Position numbers and translations under genes: made by a program. Source: Guillardia theta CCMP2712 (taxonomy: Eukaryota > Protista > Cryptophyta). Taken from it: a DNA stretch of 64,000 nucleotides. Positions 1 to 19,667 of this stretch are shown here, in pieces (positions within the stretch are counted from its first letter, which is position 1; each line of letters begins with the position of its first letter). The DNA is taken from contig NW_005434611.1 in assembly GCF_000315625.1 (NCBI RefSeq), positions 121,523 to 185,522 of the forward strand. Direction: 5' to 3'. The notes under the pieces were generated by a model, which saw only the letters and a program-made list of their open reading frames with translations, searched no databases and was not told the origin of the DNA.

Positions 1-167
1 AGGAGGACAAGGAGGAAGGAGGGGGGGGGGAAGGAGGGAGGAGCGGGAAAACGAGGAAGGGGAGAGAGAAAGAATAGGGAGGAAGAGGAAGAAGAGTGGA
101 AGGAGCAGGAGGACAAGGAGGAAGGAGGGGGGGAAAGTGGGAGGAGGAGAAATGAACTTATTGGTAG

Positions 168-1741
<1,574 letters not shown>

Positions 1742-1937
1742 AAGTTGCCCCGCCAGTCTTTTCCGCCTCTTTGCCCAGCACAACTCGAGCTCACAGTATA
1801 CATCTTTGCGGCCCAGCTGGGCCGTTTGTCGCTGCCGGGCCCCGCATGTTCAGTTACTTATTTTTTTATCTGTAAAATAAAAGAAAAAGGTCAAGGAAAC
1901 AAAAACGTCAAGTCCTGCCGATCTCAGCAGGCGAATC

Positions 1938-8600
<6,663 letters not shown>

Positions 8601-8618
8601 TCCAATCAATCTTACACT

Positions 8619-9396
8619 TCACATCTGCGTTCCATACTCTCCCATGGGAGGCTGACCGGGGAATTGCTGGGAGGGAGGAGCGCTCCAGGCGTTGGGTTGA
8701 GCATACTGCTCCTGCACCTGATACTGAAACAGCACAGTCAGGCACCAGACACAAGTCAGAAGACGCTGAGCACCTGCTGCTGCTGGTACCCATACGAATA
8801 GCCCTAGAAGCGGGTCAGAGGATCAAGGCGGGAGGTGGACGGGACAACCTGGTTGGGGGGCTGCGATTCCTGTGCGATGTACTGCTGCTCATAGACAGGT
8901 TGTTGGACCACGTACTGGGTCAAGTGTCAGATGATGCGTCTGCATTGAGGGGACGCTTACCTGAGTCACGGGGGCCTGCTGAGCGTACACGTACTGCTGC
9001 TGGGGCTGCTGCTGCTGCCGCGGCACCAGTCAAGCTCACCATGGAGAGAGAGAGAGAGAAAGGACGACTCACAACATAGGCATAGCTCTGTTCGAACTGC
9101 TGCATCGGAGCTGACTGCTGGACATACTGCACGGGAGTTGTGCTCTGCACGTACTGAGTGACTGGGGCCTGCTGCACGTACTGCACTGCCGGTTCCTGCA
9201 CAACCTGGTACTGAGGTTGTGCCACCTCAACATACGACTGAACGTACTGCAAGGCTCGGTCAGATATGCCCAGCTTTTGTCCAGCACCTTCTTACCTGCT
9301 GGGGCATGGCAGAAGTAGAGGTGACATACTGAACTTGAGGTGCCGCCTGTACAACTTGCTGGGTTTGCAGGTACTGAGGCTGCTGCTGGAGCATCA

Positions 9397-9427
<31 letters not shown>

Positions 9428-9849
9428 CCTCTGCTGCTGCTGCTGCTGCTGCTGCATCTGCTGCTGCTGGCGCTGCTGCTGCTGCATCCTCTGCTGCTGC
9501 TGCTGCTTGGCTTCCTTGATCCTCTCCTGGGCCTTCTGCTCTTCGGCACTGAGCTTTCCGGGTTTGAATCCCTTAGGCATCTGGAAAGCCTGCAGATCGA
9601 CAACTTCATCGGCTGTGCCAGACTGCAAGTCGATCTTTCACCTGGGTAGAGTACATCGGAGCAGGAGCTTGAGGAGGAGGAGGAGGAGGAGGAGGGGACT
9701 GCATTGTCACCATCATCTGCGGCTGCGGCTGCATCGCCTGACATCTTGTCAACAAGGTTAACCAGCCGTCTGCCTCTCACCGGAACGAACATGGTCTGCA
9801 TGGGAGGCTGCATCTGCTGAACTGCGACCGGCTGATACATAGTGTTCAT
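8619..9849 (-). CDS. Q/Y/P/V-rich low-complexity protein with polyQ and repeated xQYVQQ motifs
   Basis: Short exons MNTMYQPVAVQQMQ..., ...QQQQQQRMQQQ..., VQYVQQAPVTQYVQS..., ending ...QPPMGEYGTQM* (stop 8619-8621). Introns are roughly 40-110 nt, GT-AG. Confidence 0.7.
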
Positions 9850-10229
9850 CTGTACAAGTGTCAAGCGAAAGGGACGAACGGTTTGGAAAGGTTTCGCAGC
9901 TCTACGGTCAGGATGAGGGTTACGAGAGATTGAGAGACGTGGAAGAATGGGATGGTTCAGGAAGGAACCAAGTCAAGGGAGAGTGGGTCCCTCTTTCTTG
10001 GATTGCAGCAAGTCACAGAGGAGCCGAGAGTATCGAGTTCTGAGACACTCGCACGCATGCAAGATGGAGAGAGGTAGGGGGAGGAAGAGGAAAGAGAGTG
10101 GTGTGGGTCTGAGAGGGAGTGCATTATCTGAGGAGGAGGGGAGAGAAAACGAGGAGAAGAGATGCTGGCAGGGAGCGATCGTCGAGCCATGCAGAGGAGT
10201 GCAGGGATACATATGGATCAATAACCCCA

Positions 10230-10870
10230 TTCCAGCCCTGGTGGGGGGTCCTTCACCTTCTGCTTCTACCGGTACTTTTTAGAGAGAATCCCATGACAAT
10301 GTACAGGTGGGTGATACCCCAGGCATAGTATCCAGGGTAATCGAGTCCGTTGAGTGTTGAGAGAAGGGTCTCGCAAGTACCGGTACAATCAAGGCAAATT
10401 TGTGGGAAAAGACACGGGTACATCTAATGAAAGTTGTTTTGGTAGAAGGGGTAGGGTAGGATCGGCCTACTGATAGCAGGGGGTCCACCACTGTAACGGC
10501 AAAACTTATTGAGAGAGCAGTGGAGAAGGACCGGGTACCTGCCCGATACAAGGGGTGGTGTCTCAACTGTAACATCAAGGTGACCCCTTCATTGTCCTTG
10601 AAAAGAGTGGGATACAGGGGTGGTTTGAGACCGGAAGGATTTCGAGTCACTCGGGGAGTAAGGTAGGGTGGTCGAGAAGCGCCCCACCTACATGACTGGT
10701 CCTTCAAGGGGTGGGGTGGTTGCTACCAGCGAAAAAGGGGACCCCGTCATGGAATGAGGGCGATGAGATTGGGGTTGAGCGGGGAGTTGGTCACTGTCAC
10801 CGGAGGATGTATTGAGGGCTGAATGAGGGGCTTACGAAAGGTTGGGGTTGAGGGGGGAAGAGGGATACAC
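10230..10870 (+). promoter_or_regulatory. GGG(G)T-rich polarised array in a divergent intergenic region
   Basis: Dense GGGT/GGGGT motifs on the + strand (e.g. GGGGTAGGGTAGG, GGGGTGGGGTGG) in otherwise non-repetitive DNA between head-to-head genes. Confidence 0.6.
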
Positions 10871-10885
10871 CGGCAGTACCGAGGC

Positions 10886-13800
10886 ATGGCATGGCGGGCA
10901 GGTGGGGTGGAGCTGGGATGGAGCTGGTTGCAGCTCACGAAGGGTGTCAGATGTCTGCTGAGGCTCCTCGTGCTCGTGACAAGCTCCTGCCATGCTCGAG
11001 CTGGTGCAGGGAGAGGTTCGGTAGGCTGACAACGGCACGTCGGGATCAGCGCTGACGGCTCAGGAAGCAGGACCCTGCGATCGCTGACGACACTTCCTTG
11101 GACGGGTGGAGCTCGACTGGCCCTCCGCTGAAGTGAGTGTATCCTTCTTCTTGCTCTCATGCAGGAATCGTCTGAACCTTGAGCGCAAGAGGCATCAGCC
11201 ATCATGGAGTGCTCGTGGAGAACTCAAGTCACCCGCACTCGTGGCATTTCGTTGCTCCTGTAGAGGAAGGAGGAGCAGACGAGACAAGTTGAGATGACTC
11301 GTCCTGCAGACGACTTTGATTGCTTCTGCATCCTCTCTCTTGGGGGCTCGATTGAGTTACAACAAGTTTTATGCTCCTATCGCCTCCGACGCCTCCGGCC
11401 ATCGTTGCGACCTGTCGGACTTATACGAAGTTGTCCTCTTCCGTTCAAGAGGAGGCGAGTCGTCAGCGTCATGCTCAGTTTGTTGTTCTGTTGATGAAGA
11501 TGCTCAGGTGATGGAGGAGTCGCCGCCATGGGAGCTCGATCCAGCCAGCCCATCCATGAAAGCACTCAGAGCTACACATGGTGGCTGAACTCAAGCATTG
11601 CATGGGAGGTCCTGCTCTGCCAGGAGGGAGGAGGAGTGATGACGAGGGTTGGCTGCTGCAGAATGTGGAGAGCGGCGAGAAGATGGGAGCTAGCGACGTC
11701 AAGGTCTTCATGGATCAAGTGGGAGGGATCCTCGTGCGAGGAAACAGATACGGAGCTAGTTGTGCTGAGAGAGTAAGGCTGTATGATATCGAGTTCTTGC
11801 TCCCCCCAACGAGCGGAGGGGAGGAGAAGCCCAGCTCGGCTCCAGCATCGTCTGCGAGGAGGACTGAGACTGCTTCACTCGAGGGTTGCGACTTGCTCTA
11901 CCGTGAGAAAGACTGGTAAGGGTGACGGGGATGGAACGACCGCCGACTGACAGGGAGCAGGTCGGGGGCGTTGCGGTGCTACAGGGAGTGGAGAACGCAT
12001 GCTGATCGCTCTTCTCCTGCCCGTGGGAGCGTGCGAGAGCGGCAGCGAGCATGCTGGGCGCAGCTGAGGGAGGCGAGGCTGGCCCTGATGCTGTCGAAGC
12101 CTGCCAAGGAGGAGACATGGAAGACCCTCTCTGCTGCGCTGCATGCGGCGGACGAGGAGGATGGGAGGCCAGGAGGGCATGAGGATGGAGGAGCCGGGAG
12201 GGAAGCATGGGGAGTGGGGCTGAGCAAGCTGGTGGAGGCAGGAACGTGCACGGGTTGGTGCTATAGGACGAGGGGAGACGTGTTGTTCAAGGACAGGGAC
12301 TACAAGGCTGCAGCAGTTGAGTAAGACATGCTCTACTTTATGATGATGCAGACTGCTAACACCTCCGTTTCCTACTCTTCCTCCATTCTACGCGTCTCTC
12401 CTTTCCTCCCATCCCCTTCTTCCTGATCTTCTTGCCTCCCTTCTTCTCTACCTATCATCTTTCACCCTTCCTCCCCTCGTTCCCCCTCTCCTCCTCTCCC
12501 TCCCCCTCAGGTACGAGAAAGCGCTTCACTTCGGCTTAGGGGATGTCTTGTCCGTGGCTGTCACACGGCATGACCTTGCAGCAGCCCAGCACCTTTCCCA
12601 GGAGGAGGGTGCGGACTTTACGAGGTCGAGACGTCCTTTCCTCCCTCCTCCTCTCTTACACTTACCAGGCTGTACTCTGAAGCAGTCAACCTAGAGCCCG
12701 AGCTGGTGACCTCTCAGGTTCTCACTTCTACCTCCTCCACCTCCTCCACCTCCTCCACCACCTCCTCCTCCTCCTCCACCACCATCACCTCCTCCTCAGC
12801 TTCCTCTCTCCTCTTTCCTGTCTCCTGTCTCCTGTCGCCTCTCTCGTCCTCTCTGTCTCAACGGTTCCTCAGATTTCAGGGACCATGGGCACATTTGCTT
12901 ACCCCGAGGATGCACGCGTAATCATTCAGGTGAATTCTGTTCGTTCTCCTCGTCCTCCCCTGCCTTCTCCTTCTAGTCCTCGTCTTTGTCCTCTCTTCTC
13001 CTCATCCTCTGCCTCCCCCTCCTCCTCTCCTATTCTCCTCCTCCTCTGCCTTCTCCTCTGCCTCGTCCTTCGCCTCCTCTCCCTCGTCCTCCTCGTCCTT
13101 TGTTTTGTCCTCCTTATTCTCCTCCGTCACCTTCCCTTCTTTTCGCTTCCCCGCCCCCCAAGCTCCTCCCCCTCTCCTCGAGTTCTCAGCTCCTTGTTGT
13201 CCTTCTGATCCTCCTCCTTCTTGTCATCCATCTCCCCTCCCTCATTTTCTCCCCTCCAGCATCTCCACCTCCCCTTCTTCCTCCCCCTCATCCACACAGT
13301 TGATCCCTCCCTCCAGAAAGCGCTTCACCAGCGGTATCAGCGGCTCTCCCGCAAGGAGGAGACGCGGAGCTCCCGCCTCAAGCAGCTTGACGAGCACATC
13401 AGGAGGGAGGAGGGTGCGTTCCCAGCATGCAGCAGCAACAGCAGCAGGCGCGTCCATTTCTTCTGCCGGATCCGTGGGCAGACGCCAGGGACGGCGGATC
13501 AGCGGTGGGGCCCCTCGTCGACCCAGCGCGGAGTCGGAGGGTCGGAGGAGGCAGCGATCTACCTGGTGCGGGAGCTGGCAAGGAAGGGATGGTGCGTGAG
13601 GGTGTACGGGAACCCGGAGGTGGAGGAGTGGGGAAGGGACGAGGATGGAGTGACGTGGCTGCCCTTCTACACTCTGGACATGCTGCAAGAGCCGAGCGTC
13701 TTCGTGGTGTGGAGGAACTTCGACGCCGTCTGGCTCGCTCCTCGCACTCGCTCTCGCTTCCTCTGGGTCCACGACCCGCTGGCGCTGGCGTCCGACCAGG

Positions 13801-14651
13801 ACTACTTCACCTCCACCTTCCTTGGAGCGCTCAGCGGCATCTTCGTCCTCAGCCAGCACAGCGCCTCTCAGTTCCCCCCGCACGCCCAGAGCAAGCTGAT
13901 CCTGAGCAACAACGGCCTTGCTCCTCACCTGCTGCGGGACGGGCCCAACCATCACCACAAGCTCCTCTACAGCTCCTGGCCGTCCTCGGGCCTCGAGCAG
14001 CTCCTGGAGCTGTGGCCGCGGATCCGCCACAAGGCAGGGGGAGGGGAGCTGTACGTGTACTACGGGTTTGACATGTGGTGGGCAACCCCGCTGTACAAGC
14101 ACGAGCGCTGGTTCATCGAGTGGAGGAGGAAGATGGAGGACATGTTGCGGCAGGAGGGCGTCAAGTACATGGGCGGCGTCGGGCACCAGGACATGGCGGA
14201 CGCGTACGCTGAGGCGGGCTTCTACGTGTACCCTACAGACACGCCTGAGACGGCTCCTATCAACCTGATCAAGGCGCAGGCCAACGGCTGCGTCCCCGTC
14301 ACCTCTCGCTACCCACTGAGTGCCATCCCGGAGACCACCGGGGAGTTCGACCTGGGCCCGGAGCCCGGGAGCCACGTCAGCATCAAGCAGAACAGAACCT
14401 TGCTGCTGCTGTGGGCGGACGCGGTTGCTCGGGCGGTGGCGACGCCGCGGGAGGAGCTGGAGGAGCACAGGAGGAGGATGAAGAGGAGCGCGAGGGAGAG
14501 GTACTCGTGGCCCAAGATCGCGGAGGAGTGGAGCCGACACTTTTCCAAGGCTGTGGGAGAGCGTGAGGGAGAGGAGGAAGAGCAGGGTGAGGGAGGGAGA
14601 GCAGGAGGAGCAGGAGGGGGAGGAAGCTCCGACACAGGACGGGCGCAGTAA
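10886..14651 (+). CDS. Putative secreted TPR-containing glycosyltransferase (GT-B fold, GT4-like C-terminal domain)
   Basis: Signal-like N-terminus (MAWR...CLLRLLVLVTSSCHA). TPR-like segment GWCYRTRGDVLFKDRDYKAAAVE|YEKAL. Long last exon (about 13300-14651) contains GVGGSEEAAIYLVRELARKGWCVRVYG, LWVHD, LLYSSWPSSGLEQLLELWPRI, YPTDTPETAPINLIKAQANGCVPVTS and RYSWPKIAEEW. Linkage of the 5' exons is inferred. Confidence 0.75.
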
Positions 14652-14659
14652 AGGAAGCT

Positions 14660-16697
14660 AAGGAGGTAATGATGGAGAAAGTGCGACGTGGGAACAACTG
14701 TGTAGGAGTGAGTGCCAGAGGAGGAGGAGGAGGAGAAGGTAGATTCTTCTCGTGTACTTGAGGCTGAGATGGAGCAAAGTCCAAGGATGAAGAGGAAGCA
14801 GACGGAGGGAGGGGAAGAGGAGGATAGGATGATCTTAAGTGCGGGGGTGCCTGGGAGGAGCAACACGTCGCTCAACTCTGTACCTGCAACGAGGATAAGT
14901 CGAGTGGAAGTTGGAGGCAAGAGACGCAAAAGAGACGCAGGGGAGGTCGGGGAGAAGGAGAGGAGGAGGGCGGAGGGAGAGGAGGGCGGGAAGAGAAGAA
15001 AGAAGGTACGGGAGGAGGAGACAAGGGAGGCGGTAGGAGAAGACAAGGAAGGAGGTAGAGGAGAAGTCTGATACCTCTGTTCATGGGAGGCTGCCTTGAG
15101 GGAACCGTCCTTCCCGCGGGTGAGCACAAGTCGCTGCTCCCCCGTTACTCCTGCCAGGAACCAGTCAAAGAGGAGGAGGAGGAGGAGGAGGGGGGGGGGG
15201 AGGAAGGAGAGGTAGAGTGGGAGAGGGAAGAAATGAACCTTTGCTAATGTCAGCAAAGATGTATTCAAAGCGTTTGCTCATCGATGGACGAATGCCATGT
15301 CTCTGTTCAACAAACGTTTAGCCTCTTCACTCTCTCAACATCACCATCTCCTCCTCCTCCTCTCCTCCCCCCCTCCACGCCGTCCCTCCTTACCTGCTCT
15401 AGGGGCGTGAAGTCGACCTTAGCCGCTGCAGCTTTCTGGAGACGACGCTCCTCTCTAGCCACGGGATTCTGGAAGTTGGCCTGGGGCAGCCATCAGCGTT
15501 TGAGAGAACAAGAGGACCAGAAGCTGACAGAAGGAGAGGGGAGGGAGCAGAGAGGCAAGAGAACTTGGGAGGAGAGGAAAGGAGAGGAAAGAGGAGAAAG
15601 AGAGGAGAAGAGAACAAGGTCAGGCGGGAAGGGGAGGCGGAGGATAGAGTGGGGTAAGGGGAAGAGGGTGGGGAAGGAGGGTGGGAGGTGAGGAGGAAGG
15701 AGGGGTGGGGGGGTGGGGGGGGAGGCGGGAGATTACTCCATCGTATTTCTTCTCGTAGAATGCGACAATGTTGCGAGCCCTGCACGCAGCAAATCAGAAG
15801 AGGAGGGGACAACGAAAACATCGGACGCGCCGGAGAACGCGTCCGAAGAAAAGGAGAGACAGAGAGTAGAAGTCAGAGGAAGGGGGAGGAGGGACAGAGA
15901 GAGCGAGTCGTACTTGATGGGATCCGCATCCTTGAAGGAAGGAAAGGGACGAGCTTTCATGCCCTTCTCTTGGATCTCTGCCCTCACTCCTCTGAAGCCC
16001 TCTCGCTGGAGCAAGACAGTCAGGTCAATGATGGCATGAGGAGGAGGAGGAAGGGGGGAGGACGCAGACGAGGAAAACTGGAGGAGATAAGGACTACAAT
16101 AAAGGTGAAGATTATAGAAGAAGAGAGGTGGAAATAGAAGAGGTTAAGGCTGGGAAGGAGGCAGACAACAACGAGTGACTTGGGAAGAAGATGAGAGTGC
16201 GTGTCTGGAAAAAGGAGAAGCAGGATGGTGGGGAGAGCTTACATCAGGCCTGTAGAGCGGAGAACTATATCCTGAGTTCACAACTCCATGCTGCAGTCAC
16301 CGTCATAAATATCATCAATGTCGCAATTGTAATTATAATCTTCGTCATAAGTACAGCAGTCATTGTCATAATCATCACAATCATAATTATAATGGTCATC
16401 AGCAAAATCATCATCACCAATATCATCATCATGATCATCATCACCGCAATTCATACAATCATCGTTATCAGCAAAATCATCATCATCATCATCACAGCTG
16501 TAATCAGCAACATTTGCATTTGCATAGTCCACTACAACAGGCTCTTACCGCCCTCTCAGCCAATTTTTGCAGCTCGAGACCAATCTCCCGGAAACTCTCT
16601 GGCGTTTCTACAAGGGACAGTCACCATGATGAAGCACGTAGAAGCTGATGTATACGGGCTCTCTGCTCAGGATTCTGCAACATGATGATAGCGCGAA

Positions 16698-16776
<79 letters not shown>

Positions 16777-17492
16777 CACTCCGAATCTCTCCGCAAGGGC
16801 CTCGTCGGAGTTCTTCAGTGGATCTTCAGTATGGAGACGGTAGATCAACCCTTTCGTCTCAGAGGACAAGAACGGAGTCTTGGGCAGCTGCCAAGTCGAC
16901 GAGTCACCAACCACCGAACCGTCCACTCAACCTCCCAACCTCAGTCTGTCCCGGGTGCGGCACGTAGGGATTGATCGTGAGCCGTCGCTGCCATAGACGT
17001 CATCCTCCGACTCCTCCACCAGTATCCTCCCCTCACCGCCCTCGTTCCCTTGAGCGGCACGTTCTCATCAGCAGCGGCCGCGGGCACGCCTTCGGCATCT
17101 CCGGAGAGGGCTTCCTCCGACTCTGCTGCTGGAAGATCCTCGGGGGCTGGAGGGAAGAAGTCAGTTTCTCTCCTCATCGCAGCAGGTGCATGACCTTTCT
17201 CACCCTCGGTGCTCATGTAACGAACACGGCATGCCCTGAACCTGGGAGCAGCCATCGCAACCTGAGCAAGCCAGACGTCAAAGACGCTCCTCCCACCATG
17301 TCCCTACAGACCCCAAACTTGAGCTGATGAGCTAATACAGATTGAACCGACGTTGAGTGGAGATCCTGTATCAAGGACAGTCGTCAGGGGCAGGAGGCGA
17401 GGAACTGAAGAAAGAACTACCCGTGCTCCTCTCCTTGCTGTCTGCAGGAGTTGCGACCTGGCAAGCAGCGACGGAACCCAGCGAGCCATCAT
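14660..17492 (-). CDS. Mitochondrial protein with an mS45/Bot1-like mitoribosomal small-subunit domain
   Basis: Arg-rich presequence MMARWVPSLLARSQLLQTARRGAR. Motif PFLSSETKGLIYRLHTEDPLKNSDEALAERFGVS..ESVRAIIML resembles the Bot1p/mS45 core. The 3' exons are approximate. Confidence 0.55.
16700..16773 (+). repeat. (CT)n tract inside the mS45-like domain
   Basis: 74-nt dinucleotide run that reads in frame as (RE)12 on the - strand. Confidence 0.95.
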
Positions 17493-18179
17493 CTAGTAAA
17501 AGAAGTCAACACGTCTCAAACCAGAAAGTCTTGATGCAGGCACTAGATCCCTCTGCTTGTGAACACGAATGACCCGTCACCCTTCTTCCATCATCGTTCT
17601 TTCTCTCTCTCACCCTTTTCTATGTCTCCCCTCTCTTCAACCTCCTCTGCTCCTCGACAGTCTTCAGCCCCCGACTCTCTCGATCTTGCCTCTTCCAACA
17701 TCGTCATCGCCCCCCCCCCTAGAGACGGCCAACCTTCTCCATCACCTTGTACCCCTTGAACCATATAATGCTCTCTGTCTCTACCCCCTTTCTCCTCCTC
17801 GTTCTCGTTCTCGTTCTCCTCCTCCTCCTCCTCCTCCTCCTCCTCCTCCTCCTCCTCCTCCTCCTCCTCGCTCTCGCCCTCGCCCTCGCCCTCCCTTCCT
17901 GGTGATCTGCCACTGCTCTTCAGCTGCATGATCCTCGCAGCTGCACCTTCGGTTACATGCTGTAACGATCATCACAACGTCTGGACGTGCCGGTAACGGA
18001 TAACGGTTTAATTTCCCTTGCGGCGGTTTCAACTTGCAGCAGATATAACGACCAAAACGTCCGTTTCGTAAAAGTTGCAAGGAAACGGAATGTAACTGTA
18101 TGCGGACATGTGTGAAACGTTCCTTTTCCTGAACGCTTCAGCTGTAAAGTAGCCCCCCACTAGTAAAATCCCCACACGT

Positions 18180-19250
18180 GAATGAGGGGTAGGGGTAGTG
18201 CGTAAGAGGTTTTTAGTGGGGGTGGTTGAATAATGGGTTCAATTTTTAATTGCGAGTAGACTTACCATAGTGGGGTTATCATAGTAGATTATACGGGTAG
18301 GTATTGTCCATGAGGGGTACTAGTGTGTAGTCACAGACTCCTCTTGACGGAGAGGTGAGGGTGGTTACCCCACAAGATGTTGGAGGGGTAACAATTTTAC
18401 AGCCCTACCAACATCTGAAGAAACAGGGGTGGGTAAAAATACAAGGATTTCACATGGGGGTGGGTTGCGGCAGTCATCGGTGCTTTGGTCCAAAGGAGTT
18501 GCTTTGTTAGGGGTGTTGCAAAAAGAGAGGGGTGGGGGTGTGAGGTCATTGGGTAAGTACCCAGGGCTGTAAAAGCGTTTCTGAGTACAATAGACCGGTA
18601 ATGGCTCAAAGCATAGGGTAAAGGTAGAGTCATCAGCGTTAAAACCCGTGGGGTCTTTGAATCTTTGCAAAAAAATGTGGGTGGTATTCTGGGGAATTTC
18701 GGCAGGAAGGGGGTGGGGTGATGAATGGAGGGGGTAGTCGGATTATCCTGGAACGATTTGAACGGCCAGGGATCCATCAAGGTGAAATTTTGAGGGTTCG
18801 ATCAATGTAAGGGGTAGGGGTAGAATTTTTGAGGGGGTAATATAGGGCACAAAGAACCGTAAAATGCCTAGAAAACGGGGTAGGGTTAATGAATTGCCTT
18901 TCTAGACCAGGGGTGGGTAGTAGACCACCCTACATTGATGGGTGGAGGTCGTGAGCAAAGGCTTGCAATGGGGGGTCGAAACGTGAATGAAATGGGGTGG
19001 GATATACAGGGTGGGGTGAAATAAAGGGATACATGAGGGGTAGTCTCATTTTGAAATTGGAGTCATCTGAATCAAGAAGGGTGGGTGGGTATTGAGCGGA
19101 GGCTCCTGGGATGGGTCGTGTGGAGGGAATGAAGGGGTCATTGCGAATCCAGGTGGGTGTTGATGGTTGTTCCAGGGGTACATCGTGGAGATTCGGGGGG
19201 TAGTATACAATCAATGGGGTGGGTGGGGATATATACACTCAGGGTCTAAA
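18180..19250 (+). promoter_or_regulatory. GGG(G)T-rich polarised array in a divergent intergenic region
   Basis: Recurrent GGGGTA/GGGGTGGGT motifs every few tens of bp on the + strand; no credible ORF. Confidence 0.65.
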
Positions 19251-19667
19251 GGTTTGTGGCATAGGCGCGGTTCCATGGTGTATGACGAAAAAAGCAAGAG
19301 AGGAGGAAAGGAAAGATACAAGATGGCAGAAGCTTCGCGTGATAGATGAGTTAGAACAGTCACTTGGTGATTGCAGTTCCATTTACGCAAGGGTCAATTG
19401 ATAGTTTCTTGAGGATTTCATGGAGAATGGTATATATACGTTGGGAACAGAGTTTCGAGTGTCGTTTCGCAGCATATTAAATCTTCAATTGATCTGTAAG
19501 GGAGGGATCTCGTAAGGAGAGCAGGTTCTGGCTTCAGCAGCGGCATTTCTATACATGTAAAAATCTTCTCGCTCAAGTGCTGGTAGTTTTCGAGAGTTTT
19601 GCACATTCATCTGAAGTTGACATACTGCCTGATGTTGTCTGACCTTCTTGTTTCACAGGTTGAGAAC

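Noticed and set aside
13242-14540. 432-aa ORF antisense to the glycosyltransferase exon (likewise 51893-52828 and 52835-54250 opposite purL)
   Set aside because: Shadow ORFs expected from high-GC3 coding sequence on the other strand; they contain no recognisable motifs.
16278-16685. Asp-rich and Ile-rich ORFs
   Set aside because: Degenerate (ATC/GAT)n tract within an intron of the mS45-like gene.
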